Part shown: piece by piece, positions 43,189-57,135 of the stretch | How the letters are laid out: every line of letters begins with the position of its first letter | Position numbering within the stretch: position 1 is the stretch's first letter | Source: Octopus vulgaris | Lineage: Eukaryota | Assembly (NCBI GenBank): GCA_951406725.2 | Contig: OX597825.1 | Location: 10,602,001 to 10,666,000 of the forward strand | DNA length: 64,000 bases | Direction: 5' to 3' | Position numbers and translations under genes: made by a program | The notes under the pieces: generated by a model | Told to the model about the DNA's origin: nothing | Databases searched by the model: none | The model's input: only the letters and a program-made list of their open reading frames with translations

Positions 43189-43852
43189 GAGGTCTGATCA
43201 ATAAGTATCCGTACTGTTGCCATAGTAACGAAAGTAAAGCATACAGAGGAAGTTGTCATGGCGATACCCGCTCAGAGGCCTACGCAAGGTTGCAGAAAGC
43301 GTATGGAGAGGAGTGTATGAGCCGCACACACGTGTAGGAGACAAATGTACGAGTGGTTTAGACCTTTCCAAGTAGACCGAAAAAATGTCGATACCATTCG
43401 TGAAGATGTGCAGATTAGTTACGGTTCAGTTCAATCCATTATCACTGAAGATTTGGGTATGAGACACATGTCTGCCAAGTTTGTGCCAAAACTGCTTTCA
43501 GCTGACCAAAAAGACACCCGGGTTTCAGTTGCACAGGATCTCCTTGATTGTGTCGAGAACGATGAAAACTTTTTGAAAACCTTGCATAGGGTCTCTGAGC
43601 AGGTATCGCCAAGCTTTTGGCAAAATTTGATGCAGATTTTCAGCTCAACTTTTCCTGCCATAGTCAATGCGATGATCACACGCTACACACTTTCCTTCCA
43701 AGCACTGCTGTAAACAGCGGAAGTGAGCTAGAACCCTAACCCTTAATGCGCATGCACAGCAGAGTTCGAGGTCAATCTGTGCCGAGCGACTTCACCCTAC
43801 GTACTTTAGCTTCGTTACTATAGCAACAGTCCGGATACTTATTGATCAGACC
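43188..43852. mobile_element. Non-autonomous mariner derivative built from two inverted 5' ends
   Basis: ~55-bp inverted ends ggtctgatcaataagtatcc. The plus strand encodes SAKFVPKLLS transposase fragments. The minus strand encodes the N-terminus MAGKVELKICIKFCQKLGDT. Confidence 0.8.
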
Positions 43853-43862
43853 ACACACACAC

Positions 43863-44122
<260 letters not shown>

Positions 44123-44133
44123 CATAAAAGTGA

Positions 44134-44176
<43 letters not shown>

Positions 44177-44809
44177 TCGGCGGTGGTGGCAGTGGCAAGA
44201 TCACCAGCGGCGGTGATGAAGGAAAGTGTTACAGGGGAGATGAAGAACTTACAACAGGAAAGGGTGAAGGAGAATTGTCTTGGAGATATTAATATTTTTT
44301 AAGGCCGGAAATTTGAACAGGAACATGATTGATAATATCGATTTCTGATATAGAAACCAAGTTTTCATATTTAGTAGGATGGATAAGTCGATTTGATGAA
44401 GACCAACGGAGGACGGAAGGCAATTTCGGCCTCACTATAAGGGACGTAACTAAGTATAGCCAGGGATTGTGTACGACGCTTAACGACTCTGATAACCGAC
44501 TGACCGTAAGTATTAAGCTGACGGTGGTGATGATAATAATAATGAGGAGGGGGAGGAGGAAGAGGAGGAGGAGGGGAGGGGAATAGGGATTGTGATGATG
44601 GTGGTGATGATGATGGAAGATTCATTATCATAATCATCATAATCATCATCACCTTCATCACAATAATAATAATAATAATAATTATTATTATAATAATAAT
44701 GTTTAGTTTAATGGCCTACCCATGTATACTATGAGTTTCTTTGCCTTAGGAGTCGGGAAGACACTCGGCAAGAAATGGAAGCAAATTTGAAAGAAGAAAA
44801 ACCCATATA

Positions 44810-44902
<93 letters not shown>

Positions 44903-45469
44903 CCTTTTTACTGGAGGCACAAGGCTTCAAATTTAAGAGGAGTGGGACTAGTCGATGTAATCTACCCCAGTGTTTCACTGGTACTTAATTTATCGATCCC
45001 GAAAGGATGACATGTAAAGTCGACCTCAACGGAATTTGAATTCAGAATGTAACGACGGGTGAAATACCGCTAAGCATTTCGTCCAGCGTGCTAACGATTC
45101 TGCCGGCTCGCCAATAATAATAATAATAATAATAATCACTTCTTTAGTGACCACTGGGAGTTCACAAATATAGACAAGGGACGGTACAGGACAATGCAAA
45201 ACAAAGTGAGATTACAGGATACGAAAAACGTAAACAGAAGAATAACAATAAATAAAATTCTAACAATAAACCCCACCCCAAAAGAAGGAGACTTCTAAGG
45301 GCTGCTCGTAGAAACGTAACGAAGTACAATCGCCCTGACCTCCTCGACAAATGTCCTCTCCTCTTCGTCTACCCTTGATTTACAGGCGCTTGCTTAGATC
45401 GGTCCATTAGCGCTGCCATCTCCCAAAATAACTGGGAGGCAGCACTTTCCTCTATACCCTCACTTTCTC

Positions 45470-45847
45470 ATTTAGAATTTTCTTCTGGTCGAGTAACCCA
45501 TTCTGCTTAAGAGGTCCCTGAATGAGGGTTGTTTAAGGATGTTGAACGAAACAACCATGTTTCCAGAGGTAAATTATTCAAACCCCAAAGAATCCCTCTC
45601 AACACATGGCTATGATACTCCCCCACTACTTCTGCTCGTGATCAGAGATGCACATATCGTCAGCCACTAAGGGACATGCTCAACTGGTTAAGGTCCAACA
45701 ACTGACAAGCAAATCTGTGGTATTCAGCAGAATATTTACTGTAGCCCATCTTTTATACCAAGACAAAACAATGTACATGATAACACTTCCAATCAGTTAA
45801 GATCAGAAACCACGAGAGCCACTGCCTGGTACTGCATCAGGGCATTT
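45470..45847 (-). mobile_element. Family D repeat abutting (ATT)n
   Basis: Near-identical to 19010-19178 and to the reverse of 59927-60205. Confidence 0.75.
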
Positions 45848-45870
45848 ATTATTATTATTATTAGTATTAA

Positions 45871-45939
<69 letters not shown>

Positions 45940-46328
45940 CGTCATCAAGATCATTATTATCATTATCATAATAGAAAATATTATTATCATTATTATTATT
46001 TTGATTATGTCTATTTCAAAGTTCTCCAAATTTTGTAACAATGGAGCGAAACTTTTTTTGACAAAACACATATTTCTGGAAATTCTTTTCATAAATGTAT
46101 GTGTGTGTGTAGATACACACGCATAAGCCCACGCACACGCTCACACTCACAAACGCTTATATACACACGGATTTATACACACACACACACACACACACAC
46201 TCACACACACACAGGCTCACACACACACACGCACACACATTAAACTAAAATTCAAAAATTTCTTCAGTATAATAGAAATTCTTACTATTGTTACAAGCTT
46301 AAAGGATTTTGGAAAGATAACAATAGAA

Positions 46329-46402
<74 letters not shown>

Positions 46403-46879
46403 ATTATTATTATTATTACTACTACTACTACAACTATTATTTTTATGGTTTCAAATTTGGGCACAAGGCCAGCAATTTCGGGGAAATGAGTGAGTCGATT
46501 GCATCGACCCTAGTACTCAACTGGTACATAATTTATCGACCCCGAAATGATGAAAGGCGAAGTTAACCTCGGCGGAATTTGAACTCAGAACGTAACGGCA
46601 GACGAAATACCGCTAAGTATTTCGCCGGGTGGTTTTCTGCTAGCCACTTCATAATATTTTCACATTTGATTCCCAATTCTGATAATTTTCATATTTTACC
46701 TCTAATTATTTCTTTGTATAATAGTGCTCACTCACTTAGTAAATATTGCTTTCATTATTTTATCACAGTCTTAATCTCTCTATTTTAAACAAACATCACA
46801 GTAGTCCAACAACAAAGGGAGAAGCAATTTGCAAAGTCTTATCGTCCCCTCAAAGTAACATAGAGATTACAATTCAGCA

Positions 46880-47335
46880 ACCCATCTGTAAGCTTTGCAG
46901 TGTGTGTGTGTGTGTGTCGCTGACTTTGTTGCCTAATGACATCCAGAAAAATGGATACTTTTAAACAAAATTTTCTACAAATACCGCTTAGATATTGTGG
47001 CTTCAGGGCATATAGGGATTTGTGGGAAAGAATTTTTCCGAGGGGGTGGAGAGAAGAGTTTTGAAAAATTCACACCATCTGACTTTTTACCTCATAACTT
47101 TCAGGAAAATGGGTCTCTTTTAATGAAAATTTATACAAATCCCTTTCAAACGGCATAGATTACGATTTTAAAGAAATTTGTGGAGAAAATTTTTGCGGGT
47201 ATTTTCCCCATTTTTTTAAAACCACAGCCTCCGAAATGATGGGGTTGGTGGGAGGGGGACATCTTTGTCTGAAAAAGTTTTGCAAACTCTTTTTTTACAA
47301 CCCCCCTCCCTCATCATCTGCGCAGAAACCGGTTG
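46880..47335 (+). mobile_element. Possible Helentron/DINE-like non-autonomous element
   Basis: (GT)n near one end and internally duplicated aaaatgg..ttttaa..aaatt.tacaaat blocks. Termini not resolved. Confidence 0.3.
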
Positions 47336-47910
47336 TGCGCTTGCATGTGTATGACTGTGTGTATGACTGTGTGTGTATTTGTGTGTGTATGCATTCATGT
47401 GTGTTTATGTGTGTGCATGTTTATATCGCATTCTTTTATGTCCTATCATTTCTCAATTCAAAAAATATGGAAACAGAGTAAATTTCCATTGAAACAAGTA
47501 TTTTTGCTACAGCATGGCCACATTTCAATGAATGGAACCAATAAAAGACTGAAAGAATAGAAAAGAGCATGCAGTCATAAATTCTAAAGAAAATAAACTA
47601 CTCTCACCAAAATTTCTTTTCAATGAACCTGAAATAATATAATTTTAGAAATAGAGAAAAATATTACACTCCATCTTTTCGCTATAAATTCTTAATTTTT
47701 TTCTTGCACCCAAAGAATGAGAATTATCTCAGATTGTTTGAATTCAAAAGTGAATTAAAGAAAAGTCAAAATGTTATAAAACCATGAATGAAATTCTTTT
47801 AAAACAAATCCTGAACCGAAAATATATAGAAGTTCGTTTTGATAACATGTTTCTACGAATTAATTACGATGTTATATTACTTCTAACATATATTTTTTAT
47901 TCTCTTTCAG

Positions 47911-48622
47911 GTACATTGGAATTATTCACCCGTTTGAAGCACATATTGTGTGTAACCGGAGACGTATCATCTGTGTGATATGCATCGTGTGGTTCATATC
48001 TTTGGTGACGGGTTTACCACCGCTTCTCTTCAACACGGTGATGCACGACAAGTCAAAGGATTCAGTTGGTTTCTGTCGCATGCGATTTCCAACAAATTCC
48101 TTTCTTTATTTCATGATTTATAAATTCGGAGAGTTCTTCCTGTATTATTTCGCTCCCTTACTTTTACAAATGGTTCTTTATTGTATCATTACAAAACAAT
48201 TGTTTCTTGGTAGTGAACATCTACACAGGCCTGTTGTAATGACTTGGACGGAAACCGGAAATCGAACCGAGCGCTCTTCCGATGCCCTTCAAGCGCGAAA
48301 GGGAGTTGTGAAAATGCTCATCATCAGTGTATTGGTCTATTTTATCAGTTACTCACCCATCGAGATTATGCTGTTCTATAAAATGATATCGCCTCATGCG
48401 TTCAAGGACCACTGGTCTTATCACGTAATTGCCATTGTCATCGCTTATGTCAATTCGTCCGCTAACCCCATACTCTACAGCATCTTCAGCCAGAATTTCC
48501 GTCGACGTTTCAACGCCATACTCTGCGGCCATGAAGAGAAAAACCGACACATGACAGCTACCTCAACAAATTCCCGCATGTGGCGCCTCACAAGTCTCAG
48601 GTCAGCTACAACAGAAGTGTGA
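47911..48622 (+). CDS. Terminal coding exon (end of TM3 to C-terminus) of a rhodopsin-family peptide GPCR, trissin-receptor-like
   Basis: Polypyrimidine tract and AG acceptor (tctctttcag|G) at 47910/47911, splitting the R codon of (D/E)RY. Reads YIGIIHPFEAHIVCNRRR, then TM4 Trp, ECL2 Cys, TM5 YFAPLLLQMVLY, TM6 ARKGVVKMLIISVLVYFISYSP, TM7 NSSANPILY and helix 8 FSQNFRRRF. Stop TGA ends at 48622. GPCR class is secure; the subfamily is from motif recall only. Confidence 0.92.
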
Positions 48623-48830
48623 CGGACAGTTCTCCTCCTTGCTGCTATTGTACATTCTAATCTTTGATTCCTTAAATGTATTTTCATTTCATTTTGGGGT
48701 TATTCTTTTTATTTAATTTAACGAATACCTAGCTTTTTAGGGTGTGTGTGTGTGTGCGCGTGAGAGATAGACAGACACACAGACAGACAGAGAAACAGAA
48801 ACAGAGAGAGAGGGTTGTTTCATATTTATA

Positions 48831-48997
48831 TGATAGCTCAGTGGTTAGAGCGTCGGGCTCACAATCATGAGGTAGTAAGTTCGATTCCTGGTCCGGGCTG
48901 CGTGTTGTGTTCTTGAGCAAGACACTTTATTCCACGTTGCTCCAGTTCACTCAGCTGTAGAAATGAATTGCGATATCACAGGTGCCAAGCTGTATCG
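48831..48997 (+). mobile_element. tRNA-derived CORE-like SINE (family E)
   Basis: A box tagctcagtggt, B box gttcgattcc and cttgagcaagacactttat. Related pieces lie at 1-135, 15938-16210, 18330-18530 and 49400-49535. Confidence 0.7.
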
Positions 48998-49168
48998 TGG
49001 AATTGCTGGCATTGTGCCAAAATTTGAAATCAGTATAGTTTATATGGATTATGGATTCTAAGAAAGGAAAGAGTGACAAAACAATACTCATTTGTCTTTT
49101 GAAGAAAACTGGCAAAATGGCTTTTTGCTAGATTCACTCCGAAACCTCTCTCTCTCTATCTGTCTCTA

Positions 49169-49227
<59 letters not shown>

Positions 49228-49561
49228 TTATCTATCTATCTCAAACACACCCACCCACACAGTTCATCCTCACCCACCCCTAGACATACTATATCGAGTT
49301 CTAGAACCCATCGGGCCGGATCAGTTATCCAGTTTCCAAGGCAAGTATGTAACCGAGACCACTGCATGACCCCTAAACAGGGCACCAGTCAGTCACAGGG
49401 TCGCTCGTCTACAGATGAGTGGCCTGGAGCAACGTGAAATGAAGAGTTTTGCTCAAGAACACAATGCACCGCTTGGTCTACGAAACGAAACCACGATCTC
49501 GCGATCGCGAGCGCAAAACCCTAACCACTAACCTAGCTAAAAATATTTTTAAATCTTCACT

Positions 49562-49732
49562 GGCGCAGGAGTGGCTGTATGGTAAGTAGCTTGCTAACCA
49601 ACCACATGGTTCCGGGTTCAGTCCCACTGCGTGGCATCTTGGGCAAATGTCTTCTGCTATAGCCCCGGGCCGACCAATGCCTTGTGAGTGGATTTGGTAG
49701 ACGGAAACTGAAAGAAGCCTGTCGTATATATG

Positions 49733-49763
<31 letters not shown>

Positions 49764-49989
49764 TTGTGTGTCTGTGTTTGTCCCCCTAGCATCGCTTGAC
49801 AACCGATGCTGGTGTGTTTATGTCCCCGTCACTTAGCGGTTCAGCAAAAGAGACCGATAGAATAAGTACTGGGCTTACAAAGAATAAGTCCCGGGGTCGA
49901 TTTAGTCGACTAAAGGCGGTGCTCCAGCATGGCCGCAGTCAAATGACTGAAACAAGTAAAAGAGTAAAAGAGTAAAAGAGTAAAAGAGT
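49562..49989 (+). mobile_element. SINE family B, full length
   Basis: ggcgcaggagtggctgt...ggttcagtccc...gaaacaa(gtaaaaga)n. Confidence 0.85.
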
Positions 49990-50691
49990 ACTGCATGCTT
50001 TGTCATACATGATATGCATTGAATCAATTTTTACATCATTAAACATGTGGTGATTCCTTCATTACAACATGTAACGTTTAAGATAAAATGTTTAAAGCAA
50101 GCTGCTTCTATAGCTTTGTTTGAGCGTAATTTCATTTTTTTCTTTTTATTCGCTTTGGCTCACAAGATATAAAAACATTTCCAAATCGACACTCCCCACC
50201 AAAAAAAGTGTACCGACTTCAAAAATGTATTTTACCTAATTCTTCTTCCATCTTGAAATTGCTTCCCTACTTAAGTTCCCCCCATCCGCCACTAAGTACT
50301 AACCTACCTTCATAAGTTCGAAATTATCATCTGTATTGGGCTACGGACGACGCTCTTGCTTCTCAGAACAAAATCATTTAAGCAAATAGTTATTCAATAT
50401 TTCAATGTGTTTATATATGAGCAACAGAGAATGTGATGGATGATTAAATACAAAGAGAACTATATAAACTATTCCACGTTACAAGTAGATTAAAAATTGG
50501 AAATATAGTAATTGTGGTTTCGGGTTTCAAGTCTAAGTATTCATCAGACAAATTAAGTCAAAATATTGTATCTTTTTCTCTAATTCTGTAATGTGTAACC
50601 AACCATTTACTGTACGTGTGTATATCTTTTTAATAAACATGTGAGAATAGCATTTGTATTTTGAAATTGTATTTATATTTGTAATTCAGTA

Positions 50692-50737
<46 letters not shown>

Positions 50738-50887
50738 ATTCCTAAATCTATATAAATAAGGATAAGATCGTTAATTCAAAAATAAAATAACGATTTTATC
50801 AAGTGGTCAGCATGGAAGAAATAACCTTCAAAGGTAATAATTATTAAAATTTTCAGCATGGTGGTATCTCGTAGATACCCTAATTTA

Positions 50888-50936
<49 letters not shown>

Positions 50937-51057
50937 GTATATACAGCAATTAAGAATGGACAGTTCAAAACATTACTACACTCGTTTCAATAGCCTGATT
51001 ATTTATTTAACAATTGATAGTGCGTTACATGACATCACGTAACTCTTCTACCACAGA

Positions 51058-51405
51058 TGTGTTGTGTGATAAGAAGCTTACTCCCCTATCACTATAGCCT
51101 CAGGCCAACCAAAGCCTTGTGAGTGGATTTGGTAGACGCAAACTGAAAGAAACCCGTCGTATATATGTGTGTGTGTGTGTGTGTGTGTTTGTGTGTACGT
51201 ATTATGTATGTGTACATGTATGTAAGTATATACACATACTCACACACACATATGCATATATAAGCATATATCTGTGTGTGTGTATTTGTGTCTGTATTCG
51301 CCCCCACTTCACCGCTTGACAACTGGTGTTGTTGCGTTTACGTCCCAGTAACGTAGCGGTGCTCCGGTATGGTCGCAGTTAAACGACTGAAACAAGCAAA
51401 AAAAT
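51058..51405 (+). mobile_element. SINE family B, internally deleted
   Basis: aaagccttgtgagtggatttggtagac core and tail. Confidence 0.7.
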
Positions 51406-51646
51406 AAAATAATATTGCGTAACCATGCTATTTCATCAGGTGAGATTCAGACTTCAATTCAGCGAAACACAATCAATCTATAGATTGTAGGGATGTTTTG
51501 AGCTTCCATTCTTATTTGTTTATCAAATGATACACTGTGTAATATGTGCCAGTTATACCATTGATACTTACAGAGATTTACAGGATGTCTGAGATCAATA
51601 CACAAGTGTTTAAATTTGTATAGACAGCTATACTGACCCGTTAAAC

Positions 51647-51979
51647 CAGGGTTTCTCAACCATTTTTTACCTATGGACCCCTTTTGATTACTATTTTATT
51701 CTGGTATAACCCTATTGCCATTCAATATTTAAAACTGCTTTCAAAATTCCTATTTTGCTTTTCACACATTAACTTCTATAGGTTGAACAATGTAAAATGT
51801 TAAAGAAAAAAAACCTATCTGTTTCTTGCAATACATATTAATATATATACCTAAAGCAACATTTTCAGGGGCCCTTAAAATGCTACTGTGGATCCCCAGT
51901 TTATTATTTTGTTGTGTTGACCCCCAAAAATCTTATATGGTTCCTGAGGGTCCATACGGACCTCAGTTGAGAACCACTG
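51647..51979. mobile_element. hAT (Charlie-like) MITE
   Basis: TIRs CAGGGTTTCTCAAC / GTTGAGAACCACTG. Degenerate 8-bp TSD cgttaaac / agttaaat. Confidence 0.75.
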
Positions 51980-52093
51980 AGTTAAATTATTTGGAATACT
52001 GGCATATTCTTTTGGAGTAACCTCTTAGCTTAATATAACTTGGAGATGCTTCTCAATTAATTTGCCAAGATCTTGGTCCTCATTGCATTGTTA

Positions 52094-52487
52094 TCTCTCT
52101 ATATATAAAGCTGAAGTTGTCTGTATATGGCGGGTTTGGTAGCCTTCAACTAACATTATCTCCTCCGAGACCCTGCGGCGCAAGTTGACCAAAATTGAAA
52201 GTATGATAGAAGAAGGCTTGCTCTTCATTCCGTAGAAGAAAAAATTCAAATCGGACCATGTTAACACCAAAAATTATTTGCCTGAAAAAGGTGCTTTTTT
52301 TTCTATGAAAATCCCTATTTTTTTACGATTTTTTCACTGCTGTGTCTCCAGTTTTCGGTGTATTTCAACCAGAAAAATATTCACTTAAAGAGAATAACAA
52401 GCTACATAATGCAAAAGTTTTACTTTTAAAAAATTCCAATTCTAACGGGTCGACACAAACCTGAGCAACGCCGGGCGATACTGCTAG
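52094..52487 (+). mobile_element. Non-autonomous Helitron
   Basis: 5' end A|TCTCTCTATATATAAAG. 3' GC-rich imperfect hairpin cctgagcaacgccggg followed by CTAG|T. No TSD. Confidence 0.75.
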
Positions 52488-52718
52488 TATATATATATAT
52501 GTCTGTATACGGATGTGCGAATGTATGTATGTGCATGCGAGTGAGTTTATGTAAGTGTGTATTATATTCTTCTACATACGTGCACACGTATGTATGTTTA
52601 GTGTGTAAGTACATAGCTGCGAATGTATTTTAATGTAAATGTACATATTAACATGAGCGATAATAATAAAGGAAAAGTCGGAATCCCCCAAAACATGACC
52701 AGAAAATAAAGTTACATT

Positions 52719-52880
52719 AGGAGTGGCTGTGTGGTAAGAAACTTACTTCCCAACCACATGGTTCCAGGTTCAGTCCTACTGTGTGGTACCTTGGGTAAGT
52801 GTCTTCTACTATAGTAACGGACCGACCAAAGCCTTGTGAGTGGATTTGGTAGACGGAAACTAAAAGAAGCCCGTCGTGTG
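52719..52880 (+). mobile_element. SINE family B, 5' half
   Basis: Head and core. Confidence 0.75.
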
Positions 52881-52918
52881 TGCATGTGTGCGTGCGTGTG
52901 TGTTAATAATTAAGGGTA

Positions 52919-53770
52919 CTAGCAAGCAATACCCGCATGCTAACATAGTAGTCAAAATGACCAAGTCACAAGTTTTCACTTAAACACAAAGGTGAAAGTG
53001 GGCAAATGAACAAAAACCCTAATACCCCCGTATCAATGAGGAAAATAATCGGGAACTGAAAAAGTCAGACATACCCGTATCACCGTGATTTCGAACTTTG
53101 AGAAATACCCTTAGTTCATCCTCAGCGAGGCTTACTGACCCCCAGGGTCGTAGAGTTTGTTCATCTCAACCAATGTGTGCGATGACCGTTTTTAATGCCG
53201 CAGCAAATTTAAAAAGGTGATCGAAGTGAATAAAAATTATATAAATACGAGCAAAACGCCTCCTGTCCAATGGATAAAAAGCAATCAGTGTTTTCTTTTC
53301 ATTAAAAAATAATTAAGCATGCCTTTATTTCAATAAAATTTTTGGTTTTGTTAAACGAAGTTAAGGCAAAAAAAACTTCTTGAGAAACCAAATAGTCTTT
53401 CCTTCCTTCATGCCAAGTTTGAAGAAAATATCTCGTTTGCATCTTACTTTTTTGGACTCTTAAATATACTGCATTTTGTGGCATTATTTCAAGCCAACCG
53501 GCTTTTTTTGCGCAAACTGCACGTGAATTCTTCTCGCGTACGCGTAGTATCGATCGCAATAGCTGATGTACTTGCACGTACAAATGCAGGTTCCCACGGC
53601 TTTATCGATCGCATTCTCACCTGGAATCGATTTTTGTAGTTTTTTCAAGACTTATACACGCCCTGATACCATCGGTATCTACATATCAAATTTCAGCGCA
53701 ATCGAATGAGGATGCCCGAGATCCTAGAAGACACGCACACAGACAGACAGAGCGGATTTTCTATAATAGA
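52919..53770 (-). mobile_element. Non-autonomous Helitron
   Basis: The minus strand starts A|TCTATTATAGAAAATCCG(CTGT)n and ends gcgggtattgcttgCTAG|T. Confidence 0.65.
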
Positions 53771-53889
53771 TATATGAGGATATTATTGTTTATAATAATA
53801 TCAGTGGAGAGAGAAATCCAAAAGAGGTAGAACCAACAAAAGAACTACGCGACAGTAGAGAACTTCATCATCTTTACAGAGTTACAACT

Positions 53890-54200
53890 CTACATCATAA
53901 GCGATGCATTCGCGCCATTGTTAAACCCAACTTTCGAAACTTGCTTGAAAAAGTTCAGGTGTGTACTGTTGTACCAATTCTTCATGACTACGTTCACCTT
54001 GCCTGAGTCGTCAACTGATTGCCCCCAGCCCCGAAGACTGTTCTTCATGGGGCTGAATAGGTCGATGACGGAAATCTTCAGATACCTACTGTTCTGTAGA
54101 AGAGGAGCCACTGACCACCCAATTGCCATATTTGTCCCCAAAGATGCGTGTTCCCAAAGGGTATGTGGGTCGTTTTCAGATTCTTATTCTTCTTAATGGC
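53890..54200 (-). mobile_element. Highly decayed mariner transposase C-terminal fragment
   Basis: An RPHT-like motif near 54160-54175, and LFSPMKNSLRG...NW....FFKQ, resembling the region after YSPDL. Confidence 0.5.
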
Positions 54201-55058
54201 TTCTAGAATTTACCATTGTGTCCACAACACAGCCTCATTCCAGAAAATCAAGGCAAATGATTTTCATCCGAACAAACAGTCACCATGTCTCACTGTGCCG
54301 ATTGCTGACTTCTGAAATTCTTAGGTCTTAGAGAAGAGCTGTGATGACATTCCATAGTCTGGGCCTTTGTTTACTAATCATAAAGATACGCTTACCTACT
54401 GTCAACATATCGAAAAAACGTACTCTTACGAGATATTGTTTGTCCCACGTCGGTTTCCCGTCCACCGGGTGCGCATTGCTTTTTTTTTTTTTTGTATTTT
54501 TCTTCCGGCCTTCTAGCAGCCCTCCTTACGAAGCGAACCTGGCAGAAAAACCGGTTCAGTGGCCGGTTATGCGACAGATTGTACCGCACTCCATGCTACC
54601 AGTAGGACTCATGAGCAACCTGTCACCTCATACACACACACACATGGACACGGACACACACATACACACATACACACATACATACATACACACATACATA
54701 CACACATACATACATACATACGTACATACATACATACATACATACATACATACATACATACATGCATGCATGCATACATACATACATACATACATACATA
54801 CATACGTACATACATACATACGTACATACATATATATGCATGCATACATTTATGTAAATGCGTGTGTGTGTGTGTGTGTTTGTGTGTGTAAGATTTCTTT
54901 GTATTTTTATCTTGTTTTGCAGACACCCTTATATTTTTATTGACACAAAATTTATATAATTTGTTTTAATTTGTTGGTTCAGGAATGCGGTAACAGACAC
55001 GACATGCCTGATGTCTGCCAATTACCTGCTATTTTGGCCACAGCTAATACGTATTTTG

Positions 55059-55474
<416 letters not shown>

Positions 55475-55744
55475 CAATAAAGAAAGAGAACTTTAGAAAC
55501 AGAAAAACTTTTCTCTAAATAAAACTGGAAAACAATTACAAAACAGAATCTAATTTCAACACAAAGGAATTTGTTTTTAGATAAGGACAAAACCATCGAA
55601 GTCGGTGGTGGTGCGGGTGGTGCGGGTGGGGAATAAACTCTAATACAGGAAATAAGAGAGGAGAACTCTTCCGATGTGAGCATCCTAGCAAGACAGGAAT
55701 GAGAGGAAGCGAACTAGTAACAAAGCGAACAATGAACCGAAAAC

Positions 55745-57020
55745 ACTGAACTAAAATCAGAAACGGAAGGGCTGATTTTAGCTGGACATGATCAATACAT
55801 AACAGTACAAATATTTGTTTAAATAGAATAATATGATAAAACAGGCAGTTAATATCAACTGCAGACTATGGCATGGCATCAACATAAAGAAACAATCGAC
55901 AGTTTCAATTTCCGACGGCCCAATTCCTTTCAAATGCAGACTGTATCTATAGATTTTATTGGGAAGGTAGCTATATTCAATGCGTAATGAACAGACTGTT
56001 AAGCATGAAAACTAGAAAAAAAAGCAAGAAGCGCCAAGTCCGTTACGTGACAACGATACGATAATGATACTGCGGAACATGCCTTCACACTCTCACGAAG
56101 AACTCAAAGTGACCAACCCAGCTATCTTAATCAAACAAAAATAATGATCTATTCACTTAGATAAACATCTCAATCCTGTCTCCGGATAAATGCCAAGGGG
56201 TTATCAAAATACAAGGGCCTGAAATGGAAATAAATAAAAATAAAGGGATGAGATTAAATTGAACCAATGAAAATTTATGAAGTGAATATGGTAAAAAGAA
56301 AAAATGGACATCTCCAAATAGATAAATATAATCAAAATTTTATATACGATACGAAATACAACACAAATAATCATCCTTTATGCGCCATGATATTTTCAAC
56401 TCAAAAACAAATACCACATAGTATCTATTGTATACATTCAAAAACTAACCACCATTTTGTGCAAAGCATTTGATCGTCTGCCAACAGATTGTGCAACAGA
56501 TTGTGCAAGAGCGATCATTTACCCTTTAACATTTAAACCACCCATATCAGGTCCAAATATTCTACCAGTTTTATGTTAATCCCGGTCAGATCTGACCCCT
56601 AATACTTACGCTACAATGTCATTAGAAAAAATAAACAGTCACATCATTGAAATCTCGAAGCTACGAGATGATGTATGATTAATTCTAAAAGAATTTGAAT
56701 AAATAAGCATTGCATTTGGCAGAGTGATCTGAATGCTGAAGGGTTTAAGGAAATGCTTCCGGGTCAGACTTTCTCATGCAAAAATAATAATGTGTCTTTC
56801 AAAGAAATTGAGAAATTTTCCAAATATAAAGATCTGAAGGTAGAGATAACCAAAATGGAAACAATTCCGATAATGGTAAATAGGTGGCTTTGAAATGACT
56901 ATAAAACATGCAAGCACATGTCTCCACATACACATACACACACACTTTCTCAATCTGCACAACACAGAAAGTAGCAGTAGTAGGCACCGAACATACATGT
57001 TACACAGGGGACTTTCAATG
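55745..57020 (+). mobile_element. R4/Dong-like (restriction-like endonuclease) non-LTR retrotransposon remnants
   Basis: LKSETEGLILAGHDQ (55751), NCRL..KETID (zinc knuckle), ILRNMPSHSHEELKVTNPAI (WD..RPD-like), KEIEKFSKYKDLKVEI (56802) and QKVAVVGTEH. Frameshifted and interrupted by a MITE; lies downstream of a long (AAT)n tract. Confidence 0.7.
56522..56743. mobile_element. piggyBac-like MITE
   Basis: ttta|CCCTTTAACATTT...AATGCTGAAGGG|ttta: CCC/GGG termini with a TTAA-like target. Confidence 0.6.
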
Positions 57021-57135
57021 CCATAGGAAAAAGAAAACAAAAACAAATACACCCAAAGTAAATATAAAAAACATTGAACATTCTGCCTATACACATTAAC
57101 TATACACATTAATAAATAAATATAAATAGCGAATA

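Noticed and set aside
48831-48900. tRNA-like sequences (also at 23423, 18110-18185 and 17-80)
   Set aside because: They are SINE heads that run into SINE bodies, with no complete acceptor stem.
50631-50740. AATAAA hexamers as the GPCR poly(A) signal
   Set aside because: AATAAA is frequent by chance in this AT-rich DNA and cannot be assigned without transcript data.
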